Shown here one piece after another: positions 51,996 to 64,000 of a stretch of DNA of 64,000 nt. Under the pieces are notes generated by a model. The model saw only the letters and a program-made list of their open reading frames with translations, did not search any database and had not been told where the DNA came from. A program made the position numbers and the translations under genes. Numbering within the stretch: the first letter of the stretch is position 1; every line of letters begins with the position of its first letter. This DNA is from Bugula neritina (lineage: Eukaryota > Animalia > Bryozoa). The stretch covers positions 1,116,001 through 1,180,000 of the forward strand of contig OZ037772.1 of NCBI GenBank assembly GCA_964035545.1, written 5' to 3'.

Positions 51996-54900
51996 CATGC
52001 CTACTTGTATTATGTGTTAATCTTGTTTTGCAGTGAACAGAAAGGGATAATGGGTCCCAAAAGACACCCGGGATCTTACCATGGAGAGGAAGGGTTCACC
52101 CGATGTTGATGGCCTGCCTGGTATATCCGGCAATCCTGGAGATGCAGGAGAAAGGAGACCACCTTGTTTCCCAGGAGATACCGGACTTTTTGGAGAACCA
52201 GGTAATGTTTATGCTCAATTGAGTTTAATCTGTCAAGTTATGTTGGGATCTTTTCCGTTTTCGTTATTTTATGTTTGTTACGTGGAAAAAGGAAAAAACT
52301 CTGTCTTGGAGCATTTTGGTTTTTTCAGAGAGCTTTGGATTATTTGATTACGGTCTACACAGGGGTGTAGACAGACTAAGCTAGACAGGGGTGTAGACAG
52401 ACTAAACTACACTGGGGTGTAGACAGACCAAACTACACAGGGCTGTAGACAGACTAGACTAACCAGTGGTCTAGATGGACTAAACCTACTACGAACTTAC
52501 AATTACCTTGCGTCATGACGTCTCTATTCTCTCCTATTATTTGACTTTTATTTAGCGAGCAGATTTCTAGTGGGCTATTCTATAGTGACCAGTCACACTG
52601 TTTATTATAGCAACATAGAAATCAAGTTGAAAACTAGTTGCACCTGTTGTGATTCTATCAATGGGTGCTTACAGGTAGAGATGGAGTACCTGGAACTGTT
52701 CAGATCGGATATCGGGGTAAACAAGGAGATCAAGGTCCTACAGCTAAGAATGAGGAGTTACTCACCCTTGCTTGTGTATTTCTGTTCTTTTTAGGTATTC
52801 TATAATATGCTGGGGTTTCCCTCACAGCTATTATATATGCTGGAATTCCCCTCACACCTATGATATATGCCGGGGTTTCCCTCACAGCTATGCTATATGC
52901 TGGGGTTTCCCTCACAGCTATTATATATGCTGGAATTCCCCTCACACCTATGCTATATGCTGAGGTTTCCCTCACAGATATTCTATATGCTGGGGTTTCC
53001 CTCACAGATATGCTATATGCTGGGGTTCTCCTCACAGCTAGTCTACACTAAGGCAGGGAGTAGGCTAAGTAATCATATTGAATCCCAGCAGTGCTTGTTA
53101 CTTCAACTGGCAGGATTACTGTGTATGATAGTTACTCTGACTGGTTTTCATGGATCATTTTTACCATATTGTTTGCCACATGATGCATTGTCTTAGTAAA
53201 AACAAGAAAACAAAGAAATATACCAGAAATGTTGAGAAATGTGGTGTTCCAGAATTAATAAATGACCACTTGTAATGCATACTGGTGCTGCTTGGTTCAT
53301 AGGACCTGTCGAACAAGCTGGAGAACCTGGTCTGGATGGCAGAAATGGAAAGAAAGGAGAAACTGCACGAACTGGTATGCCTGGTCCAACCGGCTCAAGG
53401 GGGGTCACTGGAGAACCCGGATCTGATGGAAGGTATTTTTTGTGTTTCACTTCGACCTATTCAGCTTCTTTTTATCCATTTGGGTTTTTAAAATTCTCTG
53501 TCAATTTTCTCTGGGACGGTTTACCTGGAGCACCGGGTGCTGATGGTAAACATGGGGAGCAGGGTGATCAAGGACCTCATGGGTCCAGGGGGAATCCCCG
53601 GTAACCAGGGACCTGAAGGTGCTCAAGGAGACAAGGGTGATATGGCAAGACCATTCTTTATTCAGTTTTCTATTTATTTCAGTTCTCTGGTTTTCCACTA
53701 GTCAACCTTTTAGTTGTTTATTTGTTTTAGTTTATTTATGTTAATACTAGAGTTGCTTCAGTGACACCACATCATGTAATATATTACATAACAGTACAGT
53801 ATAATACACCATAATATAATATGTTATACAATACAATAATATTACAGAAAATATAATTCACTAATATCTCACAGCTAAGTTGTGTCTTCTAAATATATTC
53901 ATTACTATAGGGGCCAGCTGGGCCACAGGGTGCTTCTGGACCAACTGGATTGCCTGGGCCAACTGGTCCTCAGGGACCCCACAGAGCTTCCGGGAATTCC
54001 CGGCGAACAAGGACCTAAAGGTATGAATGAAGTTGAACCAATCTTTGTTCTTAGTTATTAACCATCAACAGAATCTTGACTCTAAGAGTTATCCTTCCTG
54101 GTAAGAAGGTAAGGCAACTCCTAACTCATGATAATATGAATATCATCTGCTGTTGTAGGACCCACTGGTTTCCAGGGACCTCAGGGATTCCCCGGAGCTC
54201 CCGGTATTGATGGTGAAAGGGGAGATGTTGGACCAGTTGGCATTGCTGGACCACCCGGGCTACGGGGTGCTGATGGCAAACAAGGAATAACTGGTTCTCC
54301 TGGTGCTATGAGTACTATGGGTTCACCTAGACCTGACGGTGCCAAGGTAAACACTTACACTCACGCTCACACACGCATGCACTTACACTGTTAGCAGGTT
54401 ATTGTTATTCATTTTGTTAGTTTAGTTGTAATAAACCAATAGTCTGTATTTCTAGGGTGAACAAGGGAGAGATGGGGAAATGGGTAGTCCTGGCAGTCCT
54501 GGACCTCCTGGTAAAACCCAGTATTTGGTTAGTTATTAGCAAAACTGAATCATTGTTCATCACTTGTTTCTTTTTTTATTTCCTTTCAACTGTTTATTGA
54601 TGATCTTTTTTTGGAATTTCATCCATAGCCTGTGATTGAAGCTTTTATTTTATTCTACCATGGGTTATGTTAGGTGCGCCCCCTATGATGATGAGTGCAA
54701 TGATGTCCAACAGTAAAGGTGTACAAGCAGATGATGCAGGCGCCAACAATGAGCTCTATAATATGTACCTCAGTGAGTAATGGCCATGATGTGCTTTGAT
54801 GTTGCCTGCTTTGTAGCAGAAAGGCTCTTTTAAATGCTGTTTTGGAACTCAAATGACGGACCTGTTTCAAATTGTTTGTATGTTTAATTTGCAGACAAAC

Positions 54901-57900
54901 AATTTTATAATTAACTGCTAGAAACTATTGTAATAAAACTATAGAGATAGCTGTTGTAATGTGTTTCTCCTCCTAGCATTGATGATTGACATTCTTTCTT
55001 GATGAGTCACCTATTTAGTTTGTTTCTCCAGTTAAATGTTGCTACATTCTGACATATTATATAATGTTGGTTTCATTGCTGTTAGCTTACATCGGTACTT
55101 CCACCTTATTTCTCTAGAAACATAGGTAAGGGATGGTTCAATTTATACTGTGTATTATATACTGTTTGTTATATTGTGAAATAGAGAAGTTGTATTCTCT
55201 ATTGTTTGTTGTCAGGTGGATCCAGATGGTGGCTCCATAGCTAATGCTATCCAGGCGTACTGTCGCAAGGAAATGAAGAGTACTTGCATCAATGCCAAAA
55301 CCTCTGAGTTTGCCACCAAATCGTACGTCACCCAGCAGCTAGATAATCAGCCATTCGTTGCTAAACACATGGGAACGGCACTTGTAAGTGTTTATCTTGT
55401 ATCAACTATGACTGTCTTAGTAACAGTCAAGAATATTCAAAAGTTTTATGTTGAGAATTGTCGCTATAGTAACATGTTGGTTTCCTGTATGGATGTTGCT
55501 AGTCACCAGATACTAGTCCTCTACTATGTTGCTAGTCACTTGATAATCTGAACAATTGCAGGCTTCTTCATAAGCTGAGCAAGTTGTTGGTATGACTTTT
55601 GCTGATTGTAGATGTATAAACTCAGTGGCAGTAGAAGACGCATACGGTAGGAAGAATAGCCAGCCATTTTTTATACGGCTGGTGATAAAGAATACACAGC
55701 AACAGATAGCAGGTTTCAATATTCAGTGCAGCAGGATGATTGCAAGGTATGTAAATCTGACCAATATACTGCAAATCTGACCTATATAGTGCAAATCTGA
55801 CCTATAAAGTATAAATCTGACCTATATAGTGCAAATCTGACCTATATAGTGCAAATCTGACCTATAAAGTGTAAATCTAATCTATACAGTGTAAATTCGA
55901 CCTGCATATGAATATGATTGCGATTGTTGCATCTTTTTTCTGTTAATATGCAATATAGCTTGCCTTTGAGTCTTTTTAATAACTACTTATGAGTTCAACC
56001 CAAAAGCCACTTTGATTTCTGTGCGAGTTTAGAATTTTGAGTTTGCCCTCTGCCATTTTGTAGTATTCCAAATACTATCAGAAGCTCTGACAGAGATTGA
56101 GATTTACACCAAGACTCCCACCCACTTGCCTATTATTGACATTGCTCCTGGTGACATCGGGACCATTGCTCCTGGTAACATGGGCGCAATTTTAAAACAC
56201 TTGGAGTTATCCTTTCTCAAAAACGCAAAGAGCTTTCCAGCACGTGCAAACATAAAAGTAAATAACTATTTGCTTGTGCATTTGACAGACGCTAGTTAAG
56301 ACATTCCAGCGTAGCAACAAATAATGTAAATTTCGAAACAAAATCACTCAACTATACACAACGACCTGATGAGCGTAGCTTGCACTACGTGAAACAATAT
56401 TGTAGTCGATAAAATGAATATATAAGTTTATTATTATATCCAAAATTGTACCAGTACCAAATATAAATACACTGTTTTTCGAAATATTGAGTCCTTTTGA
56501 TTCATTTTTTGATCATCAAGAACTTCAATGTAAATAATTTAAATATAAAATAATACATATTATGATATAATATAATAATATATTTTTCTTTCGGGATAAT
56601 TATTCTATTTGTATTAACACTTATTTATTAGAAGTAATCTAATAATATATTTTTCTTTCGGGATAATTATTCTATTTGTATTAACACTTATTTATTAGAA
56701 GTAATCTAATAAGTTTTGCTGTAAATTTATTTCTCCTACCAGCATATGTCAGTGTCAGTATAAAATATAAAAGTACAATTACACATACAACAGATAGATA
56801 TGCAGTGATATATATACATTATAAAACAATTGTTCATCACTTTTATTATTAGTCTAAGATTGACAATAATTTACACTGTTAGTTATTGGTTGTAAACTGA
56901 TTAGTTCATCATTAAGTACTTGTTTGCTGCTGCCTGGTTTATAACTGCTTATCACAATTTTAATAACAAGGAAATTATCTTCTCTTGTTGTCTCCAGGTG
57001 CTACTGTATTTGACAGGTTTCCCTGTTGATAAAGTAATCTTATACTGATACTGATGACATCCACAAATACTTGTGTAGGGGAACAATTGACCCTTCTCTA
57101 CAACAGGAAAAGAATTGGTAAGACACGTACCAATAATATTACATACTTTATTTCATCAATTCACTTATCCTTAATTTTATTGATTAAAAGTTACTTGCAT
57201 GTAGGCTATTTTATAAATTGTTCCTATAAGACTAATTTGGGTGTACCTATACAATACTAGGTTTATATGACTGTGGTATATTGCTGAGTGCACATAGGCA
57301 GTGTCAATAATAGTTACTGTAGACTTTGCTTTTAGTGAGTTGGTTGGAATAATTTACAGTCCAGTTCTTCGCGATGGAAAATTTTTATCTACAGATTAAC
57401 TCTAGTTGAGAAACTGTTATCTAAAGTTTGTTACTTGAAGTACTATACAAATATTATTAGCAGCTTGATATTTCTTATCATTAAGGAGTGTTTAATATAA
57501 ATATAATACTTGAGATAAACATTCTCATGTGATATAATGTAACCTGAAGTTATATCATATGACTTGACTATCTCTACTAGAGTTAGGGTGGGTCACCTCA
57601 CAGCCCACACATATCCATACACTACAACACATACTGTAGGAAAACAGGGCTAATGTAATAAGTATAGAATAGTTGACCCAGCAGTTAGATACTTTGGTAT
57701 AGAGACTCTAACTTTCTAGTAGTAGAAATAAAAGCAAGAGTGTCCAACCTTTTCAGAGCGAGGGCCACTACATGAAAGCAATTAATACTTCATGACGAAG
57801 GCCATATTGGACATGTTAGCTTGCTCTGAGGGCCACAGCATCATTATTTTTAAATTTATTTTATTTCAAATTCCTATAAATCGCTACACAATAAAGTTCC

Positions 57901-59722
57901 AATAGTTACTGTTTTATAGCATGTGTATAAATAAGACATTAGAAAGATAGCTTCTCACTCTAATCCATGTATACATGTGAAATATTGTTTTAGTTTTTTG
58001 CCTTTGAGGGCCACATATAAATGTAGGCTAGTAGTAGAAATAGAAGCAAGAGTGTCCAACCTTTTCAGAGCGAGGGCCACTACATGAAAGCAATTAATAC
58101 TTCATGACGAAGGCCACATTGGACACGTTAGCTTGCTCTGAGGGCCACAGCATCAGTATTTTTAAATTTACTTTATTCCAAATTCCTATAAATCACTACA
58201 CAATAAAGTCCCAATAGTTACTGCAGGCAGTATGTTTTATAGCATGTGTATAAATAGGAAATTAAAAAGATAGCTTCTCACTCTAATCCATGTATACATG
58301 TGAAAAACAACTTCAGGTTTTTGCCTTTGAGGGCCACATAAATGTAGGCTGGAGACCACATCCGGCCTGGGCCGCCTGTTGAAAAGCCCTGCTTTAAATA
58401 GTTGGTATATAAGTATGCCAGTGACCTAAAATTTAATAGTCACTCTAGTGTTACATTTACACTTAACACAATTCAAATATTGTATATAATAATCTACTAT
58501 ACTCCATTAGTATAGTATAGTAATTGTAACCACCTGCAGGATGGTCACATGACCACTGCTACTTCTCAGACAGTTTGCTAAATGACAGAATAAGAAGAAT
58601 GATGGCTGATCAGATGTATAATAACATAGTTTATCAGTTCACTTGAAGTCTTAAATTATTTTTGTTGAAAGTTAGTTGCTTGCATTTTAAAACTTGTTAA
58701 TAAAACTATTATAACTATACAATACTAGGTTTATATGTGACTGCAATGGAATATTTACAGTGAAATTTACAGTCCAGTTCTTCGTGATGGAAATTTTTTA
58801 TCTGCAGAAGAGCTCTAACTGAAAAACTGTTATCTAAAGTTTGTCACTTAAAGTACTATACAAATATTATTAGCAGCTTGACATTTGTTATCATTAAGGG
58901 GTGTTTAGCATAAATATAATACTTGAGATAAACATTCTCATGTGATATAATGTAACCTGAAGTTATATTATATGACTTGACTATCTCTACTAGAGTTAGG
59001 GTGGGTCACCTGACAGCCCACACATATCTACACAGGTGTCAGGTGATAATGGTACAATTGGCAAAGTAGGTAAAACTATATAGCACATTTTCAATATTAA
59101 GGTTTGAGGCAGGTTAAGTAGTTAAGAAGGAGTTAAGGTTTGAGAATGAGGTTCTTAGTTTGGGGTTTGGGTTTTGAGTTTGTGGTTTACCCTCCTAATT
59201 ACGCTTAACGTATTGTACGCCATAACAGCAAATTTCAGCCATTCCTGGTATAAGTTGCAGCGTTAATCAAGCACTGCTTGGCTCAAAAAATCACACCAGG
59301 CAGAGTTGATATGGTACTATAAAATTTAAAAAATACTTTCCGCTGGTTTGTTTTAATCGCTTATTGTTGATTTAATTTAATAAATTCAAAAGTTTCAAAG
59401 GATTAAAATATCTTTTTCACCTTGCTTAAATTAAATTCAGCTTAAAAATGTAGATTTCACTAATTACTAAAGTATGCAAACCAACAATGTAAAAATTAAT
59501 TGGACAGCTTAAATATTTTTATTATTCAAATTAGTTTGCACAATTATATATTTAATAGACACATATATTTAAAGGAGAGGTTTCTTTTTTTAAATGCTTT
59601 TATCTAGTCAAGAACATTATTATCACATTTTTTGAAAATAATTTTGCAATAATTTGTAAATAACATTCAAAGGAGTACAAGTAACCGCAGACAAGAATTA
59701 GCCTTATTATGATTGGTCATGG
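51996..59722 (+). repeat. Segmental duplication of ~955-8870 plus ~14060-16572
   Basis: Exons, introns, 3' flank, repeat modules and nested MITEs are all colinear; the 17-bp satellite and the 13397 MITE are absent. Confidence 0.92.
52034..56200 (+). pseudogene. Fibrillar collagen pseudogene, copy 2 (internally deleted)
   Basis: Colinear with 994-8400, including introns. About 2.9 kb is deleted at ~52690 (fusing the exons at 1654 and ~4560); further deletions at ~55140 and ~55495 remove COLFI exons. Confidence 0.88.
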
Positions 59723-60058
59723 TGTGGTGGTTCGTGGAACTACCAGCAGCACAACATGTAGGGTCGCGTAATTGACCCGGAACAATGGATAGCCAATTAG
59801 CGTAGTTGATAGTTAGCAGCAATTGTAGTTTCCCGCTGCTAACTCAGTCGAAGCTAGAGTGTGAAATAGATTAGATGTGTAACTTGTTAGAAATAATGTA
59901 TCGTGTTTTTATGATGTATAGTTGTGAATAAAATATACTCGTTCACTCGACTTAGCCTGGTGCAGTTCTATACTAGATAAATAGACTCTCTGGATAGCAT
60001 ATCAACCCTAAACTGAAAATTATAACAGTGGTGGCAGCGGTGGGATAGTGCATCCAAG

Positions 60059-61018
60059 ATGGAGACTGAAAATGCTGAAACTCAACCACCGGCAATCGAA
60101 GGTGAGCGTAGAGACAATGCTGTAGAGACAATGCCTGTTAACCATGTAGTAGAAGAGCGAAGGGTTCCGCGAGAACTAGCTGAAGACCGCTACAGGTTAA
60201 AGGCGCCCACCTTCACGGGTGAAGAGGAGGTAGAACAATTTATTCAAGAGTTTAGCGACGTAATGGACGTCGCTCAGTGGCCCCCTAGGGTGGCACTGCT
60301 GAAGCTTAGAATGGCATTGATGGACAAAGCCAAGCCCTATGGGCTGGGCGTAGACATTGATAATATCTTTGCTTCTCTGCGGGCCCGCTTTGGCCTCTCG
60401 ACTACAGATGCCAGGGCCCGATTACAGAGGTTGCGGCGTGATCCCCGCACCCCGCTGCGGGAGCATGCCACCGCGGTCATGAAGCTGGCACAGATCGCGT
60501 ACAGCGACTTGCCCCCAGTCAACCGCGAGAGGTACACCCTCGACGCTTTCATAGCATCTGTCGACAATCTGGGTCTCCACCACCAGTTTCTAGCTAGGGG
60601 AGTCACCACCGTTGAAGATGCTCTGACTGAGGGGGAAGCTTACCTCCTAGCTAACCAAATGCATAAAAGTCGCGGAAGCTCTCGCCAAGTGGAGATAGAC
60701 CGCGCAGACACGGCCGCGGGACAAGGGGAGGAAACCCCCGCCGCGGCTGCCGTGTCCCAGTTGGCGACGGCATCAAAAGTCACTCAACTGACGGACATGC
60801 TAGCCAAGCTGATAGCAACACTGACCCCACAAAACCCAGTGAGTACCGCCCCTGAGCCCATGCGGCCATTGGCGCCGCCACAGGGAGAAACAGTCAGTTT
60901 TTGCTGGGAGTGCGGAAATCAAGGACATTTCCGCCGATATTGTCCCTTCCTAAATCAGGGGTTAAACTACCGCGGCCCGCAGATGTTCCCACCTTCCGCG
61001 GGCCGACGAAACCTCTAG
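60059..61018 (+). CDS. gag: Gypsy copy 2 gag, 319 aa
   Basis: One visible aa difference from copy 1 (VDDL vs VDNL). Confidence 0.93.
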   Translation: METENAETQPPAIEGERRDNAVETMPVNHVVEERRVPRELAEDRYRLKAPTFTGEEEVEQFIQEFSDVMDVAQWPPRVALLKLRMALMDKAKPYGLGVDIDNIFASLRARFGLSTTDARARLQRLRRDPRTPLREHATAVMKLAQIAYSDLPPVNRERYTLDAFIASVDNLGLHHQFLARGVTTVEDALTEGEAYLLANQMHKSRGSSRQVEIDRADTAAGQGEETPAAAAVSQLATASKVTQLTDMLAKLIATLTPQNPVSTAPEPMRPLAPPQGETVSFCWECGNQGHFRRYCPFLNQGLNYRGPQMFPPSAGRRNL

Positions 61019-64000
61019 GGAAGAAGAAACGCAGGTCACCCAGACGGGTACCGCGTACTGGCAACCAACAGTGGCAACAGCCGCGACGGACCAGCAAGGG
61101 GCTTCGCCCCGCAGCTGCCTTTTCTATGCCCCTTCACAACAGATTCACAGGGCTACAAGTCCAAGAATCTGGATGGGAGCACACAAAGGTAGCTGAGAAA
61201 CCAGCCTCGGCACCCCCGAGGCCTACCTATCACCGCCCCAAGAGACCTCCTTCGCGACCCAAAGCGAGGGAGGTACTCCCTGCGAGAGTCAGGCCTGAAG
61301 GGAGAGTTCAGGTGCAGCCCCATGGGAACAGCTATTTCTTGCCCGGTAAACTGGAAGGCAAAGCTGTTACTTTTCTCATTGATTCGGGCTGTACCACAAA
61401 CCTCTTAAGCCGCCAACTCTTCGACACCCTCAGTGCCAGGGTCAGGGGCGAGATGGAAGCATACGAAGGGGAATACGGCACCCTAGCTGACGGGTCGTGC
61501 CTTCCCTTCTATGGTATAATTGAGCTGACGGGACGAGTCCGCGATCAAATGATCCAAGAGACGTTCATCGTCAGTCAGCTCAAGGAGGATGCTATCCTCG
61601 GGATGCCGTTCCTTAAACGGCACGGATGTCACATAGATTTTAGCAGATCTGCAATGATGATGTCCGGGCGGGAACTCGCCTGCGTCGACAAGTTCGGCTG
61701 CCCTTTAGTGGGAGGTGTGCAAGTGGTACGCAACCGTACCATACCAGGCCGCTCCCGGGCTACCATTCACTGCAGGGTGAATAGTAGCCGGATCTCTGGA
61801 CTCGGGGTGGTTGAAGGCGCGCACGAAAAGATCCAACTTGCCAGCAGTCTGAATCAGCTGACTGAGCAAGGGGAGATCTTAGTGCAGTGCGTCAACCCCT
61901 TTACCGAGCCTATCAAGCTCCCGGCTGGGTCGATGCTGGGCCGTTTTCACTCTGTTCAAGAGGGAGACGTAGGCCCGTCGCTGGGTGATGCGACAGAGGC
62001 ACTCCCTCGACACCCTATTCAGGGACGAGGGGCAGTCCCAACACATCTCCGGGAGTTATACGAGACGGCCAGTAACGGCTGCGCGAGTAACAGAGAGCGC
62101 CAGGCTATGGCCAAGTTACTACGCGACTACGGTGATGTGTTCAGCAGCGGAGAGCATGACGTGGGACTGACTGGAATTGTCAGACACGAAATACCGCTGA
62201 CTGCAGGGACAGTCCCTGTCCGGCAGCCCACACGCGGGCTGGGGCCGGAGAAAGAGAAGGAGGTTAGCCGACAAGTACGGGATCTTCTGGACCGGGGACT
62301 GATAGAGCCCGCCCATAGTGCGTGGAGCTCGCCAGTCGTACTGGTCCGGAAGAAAGACGGCAGTTGGCAGTTCTGTGTGGACTACCGCAAACTCAATAGC
62401 GTAACCATACAGGACGCCTACCCCCTACCTCGTATTGACGAGTCATTGGACGCCCTAGCCGGCAGCAAGTAATTCAGTACGTTAGACTTGCTAAGCGGCT
62501 ATTGGCAGGTTCCTCTGAGTCCCGACGCCCAGGAGAAAGCGGCGTTTATCACACGGGACGGTTTGTGGAAGTGGAAGGTGCTGCCCTTCGGGTTAACCTC
62601 CGCCCCAGCCACCTTCCAGAGGTTGATGGAACAAGTCCTTAGCGGACTCCATTGGAAGACACTGCTGGTCTACCTCGATGATGTCATCGTAATCTCTCCA
62701 GACTTCGAGACACATGTCAGTCGTCTGCAGGAGGTTTTCGAGAGACTCCGAGGTGCCGGTCTTAAGCTCAAACCTTCCAAGTGCGCTCTGTTGCAGCCGG
62801 AGGTCAAGTACCTGGGGCACGTTGTCGGTCGAAACGGCGTGGCAACGGATCCCGAAAAGGTACGGGCAGTAGAAGACTGGGTCACCCCTCAAGACTTGAC
62901 CGGACTCCGGGCTTTCTTGGGGCTGGTAGGGTATTACAGGCAATACATACCAGACTTTGCGGGCATAGCCCAGCCGTTAAACCGGCTTACCGCAAAGGGA
63001 GTGACGTGGCAGTGGACTCTAGTCGAACAAGAAGCGTTCGACCGCCTCAAGGGCTGCCTCCTAACGGCGCCCATCTTGGCCTACCCAGACCCCACTCTGG
63101 AGTACATCCTAGACACGGACGCCAGTGACCAGAATGTTGGCGCTGTGCTGTCGCAAGTGCAGGAAGGCCGAGAGGTAGTAGTAGCCTACTACAGCAAGTC
63201 TCTCTCTCCCGCTGAACGAAATTACTGCACTACCCGCAAGGAGCTGCTGGCAGTAATCAAGTCAGTGAAGCACTTCAGACCATACCTATATGGCAGGAAG
63301 TTCCGGCTGCGTACGGATCATGCCTCGCTGATCTGGTTGTGCAGGAGAGCAGAGCCCTCTAGTCAGGTCGCCCGGTGGCTCGAAATCCTAGCTGAATTCT
63401 CGTACCGGATCGAACACCGACCGGGCAAGAGACACAGCAATGCGGATGGGTTGAGTCGCCGACCTGACGGAGGTTGCAAACAGTGTCTCAACATCGAGAG
63501 GAGGGATGGAGGTCCCCCACGATGCGAGTTGGAGACGCTGGCTCATCACGGAGCACCGTTTGACTGGGATCAAGGTCAACTCAGGCAAAGAGTTGATGAG
63601 TCCCCGGAGGATGTACAAAACCTCCGCGCCAACCCTGTACTGGCCGGTAATGTTCGAGAGCTGAAGAAGCTCCAAGAAGAGCTGCCTGGAGTCGTGGCAG
63701 ACATCTACCGGGCCAAAAGGGAAGGGCGACGACCCAGCGAGGAACGCATAAGACAGGGATGCGCCGAATTCCGGCTATACTGTCAGCGTTGGGACTCGCT
63801 GCGGATCGGGCAGGATGGGTTGCTAACCATCTCTCTAGCTGCCAGCGGCAGACACCCGGAAAGGAAGAGGGTAGTCTGCCCCACAGCCATCCGCCGTGAG
63901 TTGATTTGGGATACTCACAAGCAGGCCCACGCAGGGGTCAAGCGAGTGATGTCCAAATTACGACTCCGGTGGTATTGGCCGCAGATGGAGCGTGACGTCC
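60961..64000 (+). pseudogene. pol: Gypsy copy 2 pol with a premature stop in RT
   Basis: TAC>TAA at 62470-62472 (GSKY>GSK*); the frame continues through YLDD, LDTDAS and into integrase. Confidence 0.9.

Larger units (their letters stand above)
59723..64000 (+). mobile_element. Ty3/Gypsy copy 2 (5' LTR 59723-60027, PBS 60029-60046), runs off the window end
   Basis: Near-identical to copy 1 in inverted orientation; inserted at a site whose empty paralog is at ~16570. Confidence 0.96.

Noticed and set aside
52730-53196. RETPAY / LYAGVSLT repeat ORFs
   Set aside because: 30-bp intronic minisatellite, also present with fewer units at ~4660-4808

Overview
AT-rich, intron-containing animal (invertebrate-type) genomic DNA, arranged as a mosaic of duplicated gene fragments and transposons. 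It holds one apparently intact 7-exon TRIM gene (RING, two B-boxes, coiled coil, NHL-like beta-propeller; 19448-26582, +) and an inverted orphan copy of that gene's last exon. There are two decayed copies of a fibrillar collagen (COLFI) gene on a segmental duplication (~955-16570 vs ~51996-59722) and a 3'-truncated valyl-tRNA synthetase pseudogene (-). Minisatellites and MITEs are abundant, and there is a LINE fragment. Two very similar Ty3/Gypsy LTR retrotransposons are present: a full-length copy (41567-49023, -) and a second copy running off the window end (59723-64000, +). The most notable finding is in the Gypsy element. Besides a tRNA-Leu PBS and a -1 frameshift signal, it carries a third, non-env ORF encoding a C2H2 zinc-finger plus leucine-zipper protein. 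This ORF lacks its own ATG but has a TACTAAC branch point and acceptor that join in frame to a consensus donor 43 nt into gag, predicting a spliced 264-aa accessory protein.
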